From Trichoplax sp. H2 (lineage: Eukaryota), in the NCBI GenBank assembly GCA_003344405.1, contig NOWV01000263.1, positions 1-64,000 of the forward strand: DNA of 64,000 nucleotides, given 5' to 3'. A program made the position numbers and the translations under genes. Each line of letters begins with the position of its first letter. The first letter of the stretch is position 1. Positions 46,401-60,005 of this stretch are shown one piece after another. A model generated the notes under the pieces. That model searched no databases and was not told the DNA's origin. It saw only the letters and a program-made list of their open reading frames with translations.

Positions 46401-49400
46401 TTAGCATTAAAATGATTCAAATTCTGCAATTGATGGTGTTTTGAATGGTGTATCATTAATAGCTGACTGAAAGCAAAGTACCGTAGTCGATTTGATGTAA
46501 ATAAGTACAATTAACTATACTGTATTTACGTGTAGATTTATTCTGAGATATGACAAATATAAAATGCTTATTAATTCACGTCCAATATACAGAGTAAGAC
46601 CGTAGATGTTAAAAAACCTGAAGATCTGCCTCCTTTGCGAAATCCTGACATCTTGATTGGTGCTGATGACTTGACATCGCTTAGTTATTTACACGAGCCA
46701 GCAGGTACTCAATGTCTAGTAACTATCATATCTAACTACACTTTACAAGATTAATGAATTGCATACTGCGTTATGTCGAGTAGACGGTCATTATTACCAA
46801 CTCAGCTTTTTTTGGAAATAATTTAAAACAACTATCGTTAATAATTTCATATCAATTTTTTTCAGTTTTATACAATCTGCAATATCGTTTCCTCAACACA
46901 ACAATATATACCTACTGTGGTTAGTATCTTGTTGTTAGTAAAATGGCAATCGATGAATCTATTTGCCGTAGCTCACCCATCGCTAAGATTGATCGATTTA
47001 TTATTTAGGTATCGTCTTAGTAGCCATAAATCCGTATGAATCATTACCAATATACGGAGAGGATTTTATCATGCAGTATCGCGGTCAAACTATGGGCGAA
47101 CTAGATCCTCATATCTTTGCTGTTGCTGAAGATGCTTTTAGCGCAATGACAAGGTCAGCAACCGTGAGCAGGAAAATGCATATCTCAATCTATAAATGAA
47201 TCACCGTCGAAGCAGTTTTATTTATACGTTAGATTTGAAAGCACCTCTAGATGGTGCTCACTATTTACAACGATAATTTACCTTTACAGCGTCTATCTCT
47301 AACATCTTCTGTGATCTCTAATTTTACGTAATTATTCGGTATTGCAGGGATAACGAAAATCAAAGTGTTATTATTAGTGGAGAATCTGGTGCTGGTAAAA
47401 CGGTTAGTGCTAGGTTTACAATGAGATATTTGGCTGCTGTCGGTGGATCATCGAGTGAAACGCAGGTCGAAAGGAAAGTCTTAGCATCAAATCCTATTAT
47501 GGAGGTAAGAAAGTATTAAGAGAGTTCTAGAATTGATGGTTTTCAATTTAAAAAAAATTTTGATGACATCTGTACTATATTAACTAATATCATTATTTTC
47601 TTTAGTCCTTCGGCAATGCAAAGACGACGCGAAACGATAATAGTAGCAGATTTGGAAAATTTATAGAAATCAATTTTGATAAAAATCAAGGGATTACTGG
47701 AGCCAATATGAGAACCTATTTGTTGGAGAAGTCTAGAGTTGTTTACCAAGCTGAACAGGAAAGAAATTATCATATTTTCTATCAGCTTTGCGAGTCACGC
47801 CAATTACCGTATCTAGAAGAATTAAGTTTAGGTTGGTTAATAGATGCGATGATGGCATAAATTTTACAATAAGATTTTATTGTCTCCTTGTAACTCTGCA
47901 TTCATTATAATTTTAATATTCTTTCTTCGTAGAAAATGCAATGGATTTCTATTACACCCAACAAGGCGGTAATCCTGTTGTTGACACTATAGACGACAAA
48001 GATAGTCTACAATCCACTATAGACGCTTTTGAAATTCTTGGTTAGAAAATTCAGTGTTTTATCTTCAATGCTGATATTCTTTACTTACTTCGTTTAATTA
48101 TTAAATTAAAAAACTTAAAGTGAGCCACGAAAGCATCGAATGTCAAATTAATAAAGTATTTATTCACAATAGGTGTAACCTCAGAACATCAACGCGTTAT
48201 TTTTCGTTCAGTTGCTGCTGTCCTGCATCTGGGAAATGTCAAATTTGTGACGTTAGATGATGAGCCGGATGAATGTTTTATAATGGTAGGGGGTGATACG
48301 TTATTACAGTTAATATCGTAATTTACAAATTACCATAGACTAACAGAAGTACTGTAATAAGAGAATAAAATCCGAATCGGCATTTTTTCTGCATTTGTCT
48401 AACAGGATGACGATCCAAGTTTAGCGAATGTTGTGGAATTATTAGGTATTAATTTTCCGCAACTACAGAAATGGTTATGTAATAGAAAAATTTCTACGAT
48501 GCATGAGATAATCACTAAACCATTAACCCCGAAACAGGTAGATTCAATATGAGAATAATTATATTTTTGTACTTAAATTTAATAAGTTAAAATACCCTAA
48601 ATACAACACATTTTTATTGATTATTGAAGGCTGCTACAGCTCGTGATGGATTAGCAAAACTTATCTATTCGAAGTTATTTGACTGGATTGTCCAAACTGT
48701 TAACGAAGTTCTAGCTGCGACCGTGAAAGCGAATTCGTTTATAGGTGTACTGGATATATACGGGTATAAAAATAAATCGATCTTCTTTACAATCATCCTT
48801 TCAATTTTATATTATGTAACATGATGTAATATTTTTGCCATAGCTTCGAATTTTTTGAATGGAACAGCTTTGAACAATTTTGCATCAATTTCGCAAACGA
48901 GAAACTTCAACAGCAATTCTGTATGGTAAGCTTAGTATTATGATAATGGTAGCATTTTTGATTATTGCTTATTTAACTGTTAATAACTCTTCCATGTTGA
49001 TTTCATTCCTAGCACGTTTTCAAATTAGAACAAGAAGAATATATAAAAGAAGAGATAGAATGGACTTTTATTGACTTTTATGACAATCAACCTTGTATTG
49101 ACCTAGTTGAAGGAAAAATGGGAATTATTGCGTTATTAGATGAAGAATGCAAGGTTAGTAATTTACCAATATTAATTAAATATCTATTTTCCCTATTCAT
49201 TAGTTCTATTCTGACCTTTCATTTACAGGTACAAGGAACTGATAAAAACTGGATTCAGAAGTTATATAACAATTTCGGCAATAAAAAGCATGACTATTTC
49301 AGCAAGCCTAGGACTTCACAATCTTCCTTTATCGTTCATCATTTTTGCGGCAATGTTACATATGAATGTTATGGATTTATAGAAAAAAATAAAGATGTTA

Positions 49401-52400
49401 TTTTTGAAGAATACCTATCAATTTTAAGAGCGAGTGAGGTATGATAAGTGAAGTTTTTATTTTATAACATTTAATTTTTATGACTAAATCTTTATTTGCA
49501 ATGTAAGTTTGAAATTGTAGCCGAAATGTTCCACGAAGCAACTGAAGAAAGATCACGTGGTTCTACTTCAAGTGGTTCTCGTATTCGTTCTTCTTCGGCT
49601 GGCAGATTACGTTTAGGAAATGAAAAGAAAAGACTTAAAACTGTTGGCTCACAGGTTCTTCGCTATGCTATGTTAACACTGATGTGAACTCGTCAGATTC
49701 TAAACTTGATTACAATTTCTGATTCTAATAGTTTATTGGCTCAGTTGGTCAGCTAATGACGACATTAAACAACACCAAGCCTCATTACGTCCGTACGATA
49801 AAGCCTAATGAACGAAAAGCTCCATTTACGTAAGCTGTAGAAAAGTATCATGCACACAGATGTGAACTACAATCATGATGAGATATATAACACTCTCTAT
49901 AAAAAATAGCTTATTCAGGAGTTATGATAAACTTTGCTTTAGGTTTGAGCCGACGTTATCGGTTCAGCAGTTGCGAGCTTGTGGTATTATAGAAACTATC
50001 AAAATCAGCGCAGCTGGGTTCCCATCAAGGTAGAAACAACGTTTCTAATTAACCTACGTTATATGTCTTTATAGACTTATCCAGTATGTCGACTGTATAT
50101 ATATCTGTATTTTAATTAAATATCAATGTACTAAATTGAAATTTAGGTGGACCTATATGGACTTCTATACGCGCTATCGAGTTCTTGCAAAGCTATCTAG
50201 CGATATCGATCGAAATGATTTAAAGGGCACTTGTTCCAATATAGTAAAGAGTTATATTTCGGTAAGAAACGTCATTTGGTTCGCTTGTCCTGAAATAATT
50301 CTTAAGAAATAAGCTAATATCAGCCTGCCCACCTTTTTCGTAAAAATTTAGCGTACGTTGGCAAATCTAGCTGATTTGTAGTTGTTAACATACATTATTA
50401 GATTGTTTGAGTTTTCAAGACATAGAAATAGGCAGATAATTATTAAATTGTAGTATTTAATCGGCTTCCGAAGCTACCGATTATGATATGCTCGTATTTC
50501 ACTATATAGGACGCCGATAAAATTCAGCTTGGCAAAACTAAAATTTTCTTTAGACCAGGACAGGTAAAGCTAATTCAAAAATTTCTACAATGTTTGTGCC
50601 TCCTTTAAAGATATCTAATAGATCGATATCTGCTATTGAACAGGTCGCCTATTTAGAGAAGTTGCGCAGTGACAAATTAAATCGTACAAGTATCATGATC
50701 CAAAAATTTATCAAAGGCTGGCGGCAAAGGAGACGTTATCAACGGTTACGAAACTCAACAATCAAGATCCAATCACTTTACCGTGGCTTATGCGCGCGAC
50801 GGTCAGCTTTTTTCGATTTCAGACTTGAAAGTATACTTTTTGTGCATGCCTGATAATTAGCGCTTATCGAATTGCTTTTATATAATCCGCCATTTTATCG
50901 CAGGTTGCTACTATTTCTATGTCAAACCAAAGCTTCAACTGTTATTCAAAAACGATTTCGAGGATTTCGTGCTCGAAAGGCATATAAGTTGTTACGACAA
51001 GTTATCATCCAGATGCAGTGTTTAACAAGGATCAAATTTGCTCGCAAAAAATACGTACACCTACTAAGAAATAAAAAAGCAATTATTATTCAAAGAAACG
51101 TGCGTTGTTGGATGGAGAAAGCGAGATATTATCGAACTCTTAAAGCGATCATTTTATTGCAATGCTGTTTAAGGCGGCTAATTGCGAAAAGACAATTAAA
51201 GAAATTAAAGGTAGCAGTAAAACTGATATTGCATCAACTTGGTAATAACATACTGTTAACGTAATTGTTTTAAAGTTACCTAACACTGCCATATATTTTG
51301 CGCCCTGCCTTAAACATCACCACATAATTAGATCGAAGCTCGTTCTGTTGCTCACCTGCAAGAATTACAGAAGGGTATGGAAAATAAAATTATTTCATTA
51401 CAGCGCCGTTTAACGGAACAGGTAAGCCGAATCACATTACTAACAATGTTCGTTTGCTTTCATAATAATGAATATACTGTTAAATTATACTAGCAAAAAG
51501 AAAATGAAGTATTAATCCGTAGCCAGCGGGAAACCGATGATTTAAAAAAACAGTTAACTTCTTTCAGTGAAGTTAAAAGTAGTCTGGCTGCAGCTCTTAA
51601 ACGTATTGATGTTCTAGAAGCTGAAATAGAATCTGCTAAATCGGAGTTAGAAAATAGTAATAAACGATATGATGATGTCCTGACTGCAGCAGAAGAAACA
51701 GAATTGATCATGCAAAAGGTTTCTTATCTTGAATATTAAATTATGTTATTTATTAGCATTGTAAATGCTTCATATAGGATAATTTTAATTTCTTCATACA
51801 CTATGTGCACAGGAAATTGATTCAACGAAAGAGAAGCTATCATTAGTAGAAAGTCAACTTAAAGAACAACAGGAAATCGAAACAGAAAATAGTAAGCTAA
51901 AGGAAGAATTGCATTTAACTGTGGTTCAACGAGATGAACATAAGGCCGAATTAGAGCAGACTAGAGAACACTATCAGCGCCATCTGAAGGATCATGCAAG
52001 ATTAGAACAGAGATTCGATAATCTACAAGAAGAAATGGAGCTACAGCAAAAGCAACAGCGAGCAATGAATGAAAAGTTTGCGGGTGTAGTTTCCGGGATC
52101 GATTTAGATGTTGATGGCTTAGGTATGTAGGAAGAAATTGAAATTAATAACTTTTCCTTTGTGTTAATTCATGATTGGATCATTAAATCAATTGTCATAT
52201 TTATTATACAATTAATTAATCTAGAAGAAGAAACTAGTCAAAGCGCTGAAGGTATATTTTAATAGAACCAATTCTTGCACAATTAATACAAAGTAGGAAT
52301 TTGCGTACGGACCGTATAACTTGCAAATCTTGATTACATAGGAAATATTCTGTCCGCGATGAAAATAAAGTACGAAATGGTTAAGAACGAAAGAGACAAA

Positions 52401-54727
52401 TTAGAACAAGAATTGAAGAACCTAGGTAATTATTAGGATATTGGCATTTGTACTTAGATATAAACTGTCATTTGAATAACCACTAACTGATGATAATTAA
52501 TATTTTAGCGGGTGAAGCTGAAATTCGTGGTAAAACCAGAACTCGATTACTGAAAAATGAAGTGGAGAGATTATCACAGATGGAGAGACAATATTGGGAA
52601 CTCGTTACAGTTAATAGTCTGTTACGTCATCACGCTGTAACTGTAGTGGGCAAGTCTGAGAAGGAGATAGCGAAAGATCTAGATAAGGCCTTGGTGGAAA
52701 ACGAAAAGTTGAAAAAGCAGCTTGCAACTGTAAAAACCGGCCACAATGACCAAGATACCGCGAAGGAAAATATAAAAGATTATAAATACAAAATTGATGG
52801 TAGGAAAACATAGCAGAGTTTTATGACCTACAGTAGAAACTGAATTAACTATATTAATACGTTATTTTTTATTGCAATTTTAGATCCACTCCTTGAATAT
52901 GATGGAGATCTGAATGCACTAATTGGAGCTAATAAATATTTGAGAGCTGCCGTTCGTGATCTTGAACAAAAATCAGAAAATCAGCGAAATAACAACGAAA
53001 TTGTAGTTGAAAATGAACAAGTAAAAGAAGTAGTTGCCGAGAATGAGGAATTGCGACTTCGTTGCAGTAGTATGGAAGCCAATATAGAATCACTGAAAAG
53101 TCAAATTAGGAGGGAGTTCCGAAAGATGGGTAATAGCGATGAAGTATCTAAAAAACGTGCTAGCAGTTTGTTCGCTAGTGGTAGGCAACCACGTATAACT
53201 GGACCAAATGCAGGACTTGTTATGAGATCTGTCTCTATTGATAAACCACCAGTCGCTGACGATGTTAACGGTAACGTTAACATCAATGACAGTAATAAAA
53301 ACGAAGATAAGAATGAAAGTAAAGATGTAACAAGAACTGAAATTGATAAACCAAAATCGAAAGTGAGCAATTCGCACGACACAGTAGATGGAAATATTAA
53401 AATTAAACACCGCTCACAAGAGAGGAAATGTTGGATTCAATTTCGTCGACAAGATATCGGAAATTTTATCAAGCAGCTTGTACATGCTAAGCCTGATATG
53501 ATACCAGATGGTATTCCCACATCGCCTGCATTCATAACCTTTATGTGCTTACGTTATGCTGATTATAATCATGACGATCGTAGCATACAAGGTTTACTGA
53601 CCAACTACATCAATGGTATTAGAGCTGTCATTAAAAAGTCGAAAAGTAACATTAATATGACAATATTTTGGTTAGCCAATACTTGCCGATTAACTCACTT
53701 AATCAAGCAATACAGTGGTGATGAATTGGTGGAAGGAGGGGAAGAAAATCAACGTTGGAATTTACAAAATTTTAACTTGGATGACTACTGTCAAGTACTT
53801 ACTGATTTATCTGTTAGAATTTACCATGAGTTACTCAGAACTGTACATGAAAAATTGCAAACGATCATCATAAAGGCCATGCTTGAGGCTGAATTAATAC
53901 CTGATGTTTCACCATCGAAGCAATTCTTTAAGAGTCATCCTAGTAAAGCACAGAGTGGTATTAATGTAACAACAATAACTAAGATCTTAGTTGATCTGTT
54001 AACAGTTCTCAAAGAATTCGATATTGACGCGGAAGTGATTAAGCAAGTTTTCAGACAAATCTTTTACTTTATTGCTGCATATATGCTTAATAACATGTTA
54101 TTAAGAAAAGATATGTGTAACTGGTCCAAAGGAATGCAAATTCGCTATAACATTAGTCAATTAGAGGAATGGTGCCGAGACAATGATTTATCGGAAAGCG
54201 GTGCCATAGAATCACTTGAGTATGTAACACAAGCGACACAATTATTGCAAGTTAGTAAGAAGACTAAAGAAGATGTTGATGGAATCTTTGATATGTGCAA
54301 CAGATTAAACCCGCTACAGGTACTATAAAACAATAAAACGAAAAATTAAGCATAGATGTAATATTTTTATTTACTGTACGATAAATATTATGCTCCTATG
54401 ATAGTTTGATTACTACAGTATCTTTAATTATATTATATAGTATTCCCAAGCTCTGATTGCAATCGATCGTTTTTTCATATGCCTTTTTAGATCCAGAAAA
54501 TTCTAACTATGTATATGCCAATAAGCGAATTTGAAGATCGAGTGCCCGCTTCTATAATACAATATGTAGCAGCTCGCGGCGGTACCCAAAACTCAAATTA
54601 TCGTCTAATGATGGACTTAACTTATATGTTTCCGGTTACATTCTTATTTGCTCAATCTCTTACTAAGCTCGAAGATGTTTTGATTCCAGAAGGATTAAAG
54701 CTACAGCAATACCTGACAATACAGTAA
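43468..54727 (+). CDS. MYO5: Unconventional myosin V (motor, 6 IQ motifs, coiled coil, dilute/DIL globular tail), many exons
   Basis: Exon 1 MTTEQLYTK|gt (43468-43494), exon 2 GTGVWIPD (45339), [23 protein letters not shown]-loop [49 protein letters not shown], six IQ repeats (50680-51210), tail FWLANTCRL and [28 protein letters not shown]; stop at 54725-54727. Confidence 0.97.
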
Positions 54728-56368
54728 TTTGATACTATCTTGACAATCAGACCACCACTTTAAGTGCTAGTCTTACACCGATGCCATATGATCATAAATC
54801 CATGTCATTTTCATTTAGCTAAAGTGGATATTATTTATTCAGAAAATATCGGTAATTTTTGCTTTTTGTCTAGTTATTGTATTTTTTACTAACTGGACCT
54901 GTTGATACTTATTCGTATAATATATCAATGATGCACTTCATTAATTTTTTGAAACCATTAGACTGGAGGAAAGTAATTATTCTAGGTAAAATAACTACGG
55001 ATAATACGATAAGGAAAATCAAATTTCATGAAGCAGTTTCATATCATGAAATACGAACTATTGATTACTCACGAGCTTATTTTCTTTATTTTCTCATAAG
55101 TGTAGTAACTTGTGAAAAGTTGTCGATAAGTTGAAATAGTTATAAGATTAAATATGAATTGAATGAATGTTAGCTCTTACGTACCGCAGCGAATTGGCTA
55201 TGAAATGAAATAGCATATATCATTTTATATGGCCGTATTAGAACTGTGTCGTGAAGGCAAAATAAAAATGACCTAGTAGAATTGATTAATTAAAAGATGA
55301 TTTATGATTCATCTTGTAATTTGGTTCTCAATACTCATAACCTACTCTAAGGGTTACCAAGGTGTAATATAGATCATATATGCTGTATTACATCGTACTG
55401 TTATCATGATGTAATGTACGAATATCAATGTAATAGGAAATTAATTAAGAATTTGATTTTTAAAAGCGCCAGCTTGGGACTAGTAACATATAAATTGATT
55501 AAGACATTATAGTTTGTTAATAATCTTAACATATTTTGTATAAAATTTGTTTTAATAAATTGTGTAACAGTATTAATGTCAAATTAAACCATAATTAAAT
55601 ACATGTAAAAACGTAGAAATATTCCCTGAGGATGCATGCTTTACTTACTATGAACTTATGATCCATTAATTAATACATTAGCACTTAGCACTACTAGTGG
55701 TGTTACATATGCAGTTGATAGCGTTTGCAGCACTCTATGTACCATTACATTGATCTTGCAAATCGATCTTTGACTGTTCCTAGTACACAAGAAATCATTT
55801 TATACAACTACGTCCATTCGGCGCTTCTTTCAAAGATTCCGGCGTGCGTATGTAGCTGAGGTAATCATATTTTTACTTTCAGTTTCTTACTGTTTCAATT
55901 TTAATTAACCACTTTTATAGACTTTATTTTACGTCAGTGGATAATTACAGGTATAGACGGGAGATGAGATTTTATCACAGTCTATGCTAGAATCATATTA
56001 ATGTTGATTGATATGCAATTTAACCATTACTATTTTAATGTCCCTAATTCGGACACCAATTTATAAAAAAAATTATATCATATATTACAGGGCATGTTTA
56101 ATAAACTATAGAAGCATTCTTGATATCATTCGTAGCTCATGAAAGCGTAAATAATTAAACATTTAGTAAATTATTTATGTTATACTTGTAGACTGGCTAG
56201 ATAAGTATAATATCTTAGTTGATTAACATTCATCATAGAGGTAATATCATTTCTATCACCGACTAAGATGAAAGATACGTATATTTGTCACTTTACTGAC
56301 ACAATATAAATCTTGCCTTAATTCATGTTTACAAAATTTAGATAATTAACTGAATATATCATCATGAT

Positions 56369-58885
56369 TTATGGTACAGAAATACCCTTGTTAGTGCGGC
56401 GTTTTCCTAAGGGGGAGGGCATTACTTTCCCCAACTTAACGTTAAATGTCCCTTTCAGAACAGTATCAGATTGTAGTGTATACAAATCGTAGGCACCCGG
56501 ACCCGGAGCTGTATTAACGGTAGAATGAAATCGATCGCTATCTGTTCCCATTATACCTTTTTTGCCACCAGGACGTTTTAATTTTTGCGGTAGATAATCA
56601 CTCGGTCCTGGCCATGGACCTTTTGGTTGGCGATTGAGTTCATTGCTAATGCGCTTAGACGATGTTAAGAATGGTGTTACTTTACTTTTAGCAATACTCT
56701 TAGACGGATATTCTGCTAGTACTTTTCCCTGGCTACGATCGTAAGCCTTGCTGAGATCGTATGATCCTGGGCCAGGTAATTCACCACTTTTAGGATCGAT
56801 TAATACAATACGATCTGATCTAGACATAAACTGGACTGTAGGTTTAACATATCTGCTACCACCAACTGTTTTAGGATCAACAGCTTGATAATAGCCTGGA
56901 CCAGGTGCGTCTTTCTTTTCTGGATTAGCTAATGGAACAGTACGAACTGCTGTTGAACCAAAGGCACCCTTTCTTGAGCTTTCCAATTGGGATTTACGTA
57001 GACTATTATCAGCAATACCAGGATAATTGTATGTACCAGGTCCTGGTAAGAATTTCTGACGGCGATGGTTATCGAAACGTGCCGAAGTTTTACCAAATGG
57101 TACAGCTTTTAAATTTTCAATCCTGTGTAATAACGGCAGTATATAAAGTGAAATTTACAAATCGTTACTTCGTATTGTGAAATTTATACTTATTGAATAA
57201 TTTTGCATGTAAAAATAAAGATGCAAAGAAAAATATGATAGTATTCTACTATAAAAAATAAAAGAAGAGTATGAACTGTTTTTTAAGCTGATAGCATCGA
57301 AATATTATACTTACTTGTTTGAAGTTTGAAAGCCAATTCGCGGCTCACCGTATGTGCCAGGAGCTGGAGTTGAAAATTTTGCTTCAGGGAACCGCTATAA
57401 TAAATATATGCGCACATTTATGAAGATACTTACTAATACAATAAAGTTATTGATATTCAAAAAGGGGGGTTAATATTAACGATATACTCGTACACTTCTT
57501 TGAGTTTGTAATTTATAAACTTAGTTGTAAGATATTTAAACTGGCTATGATATCCTAACCAGTAATTTCACTGCTGTTTGCTATTGGATAAATATAGTAG
57601 TTATATGACATGAAAGATATACTTATTGAGACTATTTCGAAATGATTATCACGTTTAAAGAATAGAAAGTATGTCTTTTGAATGTTTTTAAAAGCTAATT
57701 ATTTGAAACTTATTTCAATCTGTTAACGATTTTTATTAGTATGACAGAATTAATTGTTTACCTTTGCCTGCGTTCCAAATGGAACACTTTCAATTATTTT
57801 TCCGTCTTCGTCTACTAATGGTGCCGTTGATTTGACAGTTATTGAGTGGTTAATGTCATAAGCTCCAGGTCCTGGAATACCTCGTTTTTCTTCTTGCTTT
57901 TGTAAAATATCTAAATAACGTGGGGAATTGGATTCAAATATTTGATTACCGTTGTCACGATAGGTAGGGTGATTTTCCTTTCTATACGACAAGCTGACAT
58001 CATAGTCGCCAGGGGCAGGACCAGGATGACTATGAAATTCAAGCCTTTTTGAAGATTGCCTATTAAAATGAATTCCTCTATACTTATCGCCACAATATCT
58101 GACGTTATTGCCGTCGACCGTGTAATATGCTGGTCCAAGTGTGGTATCATGTGATGGAGGTTTTTGCGACATTAAATGTCCGCCGTTTGATTCTTCATAA
58201 CCGTAGGCTTGACTAGGTATTGGGATAGATGGAGCGTCTGGTCTTCTCTATAGATAAGGTTGAAGAAGATTTAAAATAAAATAGGGAAAAAATATAGCAA
58301 CTATCTCAGCATAAATAAATTTTAAATATTTACTCATATACCTATCAATTCTTTTCTCAATGACTATTTCTGTCAATTATTGTAATCAACACTATACTCT
58401 GTGCGTACATAGCATCGATCTATTCAACGATTTGCTTTACTTTTCAGTATATACTGTATATCAATGTTACAAGATTGATCGAATTGACTTACCAAATATT
58501 GAACTCTTGGCTTAAATTCTGGAATTTTCTTGCTCGTTGCCTGTGATTTATTACTATTGTAAGGATTATAAGCTCCTGGACCGGGTGCTAGAGTTGTATT
58601 GTCGCCGAAGCGTTTGGTTGTATCTTTTAGTGAAGCTGCACCTTTAACACGTTCGCTACCGAAGCGACTAAATTCATATTGGCCAGGCCCGGGCGTAGCG
58701 ATAACGTTTTCTCCAACATCGAGAGCCGATTGGCGTGTTGTCATGGACGAAAATGGGGCATAACTGTCGACTTTTCGTTTAGCATTGGCTATTTCAGAGG
58801 TAGAATAGGATCCAGGGCCTACATTTACTGATGTACTGCCTACACTTTGAAGGAATTTGCGAGGTGCTCGATCATAAACCGACAT
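56369..58885 (-). CDS. STPG2: Sperm-tail PG-rich repeat-containing protein 2 (SHIPPO repeats), ~4 coding exons
   Basis: N-terminus MSVYDRAPR...[12 protein letters not shown] typical of STPG2; ~12 PGPGxY-type repeats; C-terminal [10 protein letters not shown]. Confidence 0.88.
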
Positions 58886-59379
58886 CTTTACTACAGTATG
58901 CTATACAATAATTTAACGTCCGCTAGGGTAATAATAAGATAGTGCTGGATAATTTTGTTGTGAAGCAAGTTCAATTACGTCGAACTGTCTAATTACAATC
59001 CAATTGGAAATTACGGCAATAACATGGACTTGAAGATATCCTTATATCGCAAATAATAATTGTACTGTGTCACCAAGGTAAAATGACACATGCACTTACA
59101 AGACAACGTTGGAATTGTCACTTTAATACCAAGGAATCGTTATGATAGCAAATTACGAGGGCAAACGAATCATGGACAACTGCTTAATGATCATCGAATT
59201 TAGCGTAATTTCTCTAGTAGTAACCAATAATGTTGACCAATTTGTAAATTACTTTTAACTTTTACCCTACAATGTAACTTTACTTGTAGCACTCTTAGCA
59301 TCAACAATAAAAGACTAATATTAATTACACTTTATGCAGTCTAATCGTTTTGGGGGTTTTTTTGACGATTGCTGTTGCA

Positions 59380-59393
59380 GTTGTCATAGAAAC
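59380..59393. promoter_or_regulatory. RFX X-box upstream of STPG2
   Basis: GTTGTCATAGAAAC is a full match to GTHNYYATRRNAAC, ~495 bp upstream of the STPG2 ATG. Confidence 0.65.
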
Positions 59394-60005
59394 CAAAAGC
59401 TATTTGAGCAGATGTCTCTCTGTCGGGATTCCGAGTGTAATTGAGAAATGGATGAGTGGTTGCTATACAATACTATGCGTCGAACAATAGTCTGTAAATA
59501 CTTGATTTACTATAGAGTAGAAGAGTACAAGTTACTTTGACTACAATACTACTACATTTTGGATCAGCTAAGATCACCACAAGACTGGTCAAAACCAGTA
59601 TATATGGCCAAACAAACGTTAACCATACATCATTCAGTATAGCATATCACCAGCTCTCGTTATTTGATCACTGTGCGTGGTTTTGGCCCGTTTTTGCTGG
59701 CCAATGGCCATATGCAAATGAACAAGATTGGCTTTCCTTACTGTTTACCATATGCAAATGAAGCAGATGGTCATTAATTAGGCTAGCTTTGTATACAGTA
59801 GTAGCAATAATATAGCGTAGATAGGTTCGATTAATTATTGCTTCCAGAAGGTAAGACGTAGCTCGCAGACTAGTCAAACTTTGGTAGCTGCCTTGCTTTA
59901 GCAACAGAAGCCAAGCTGCGAAAGTTGGCACGGGCCCCTTTTGAGAATTTCCACACGTTAAAGTAATTGAGCAACTGAAAACTTCAATATCACCATATTT
60001 GCATC

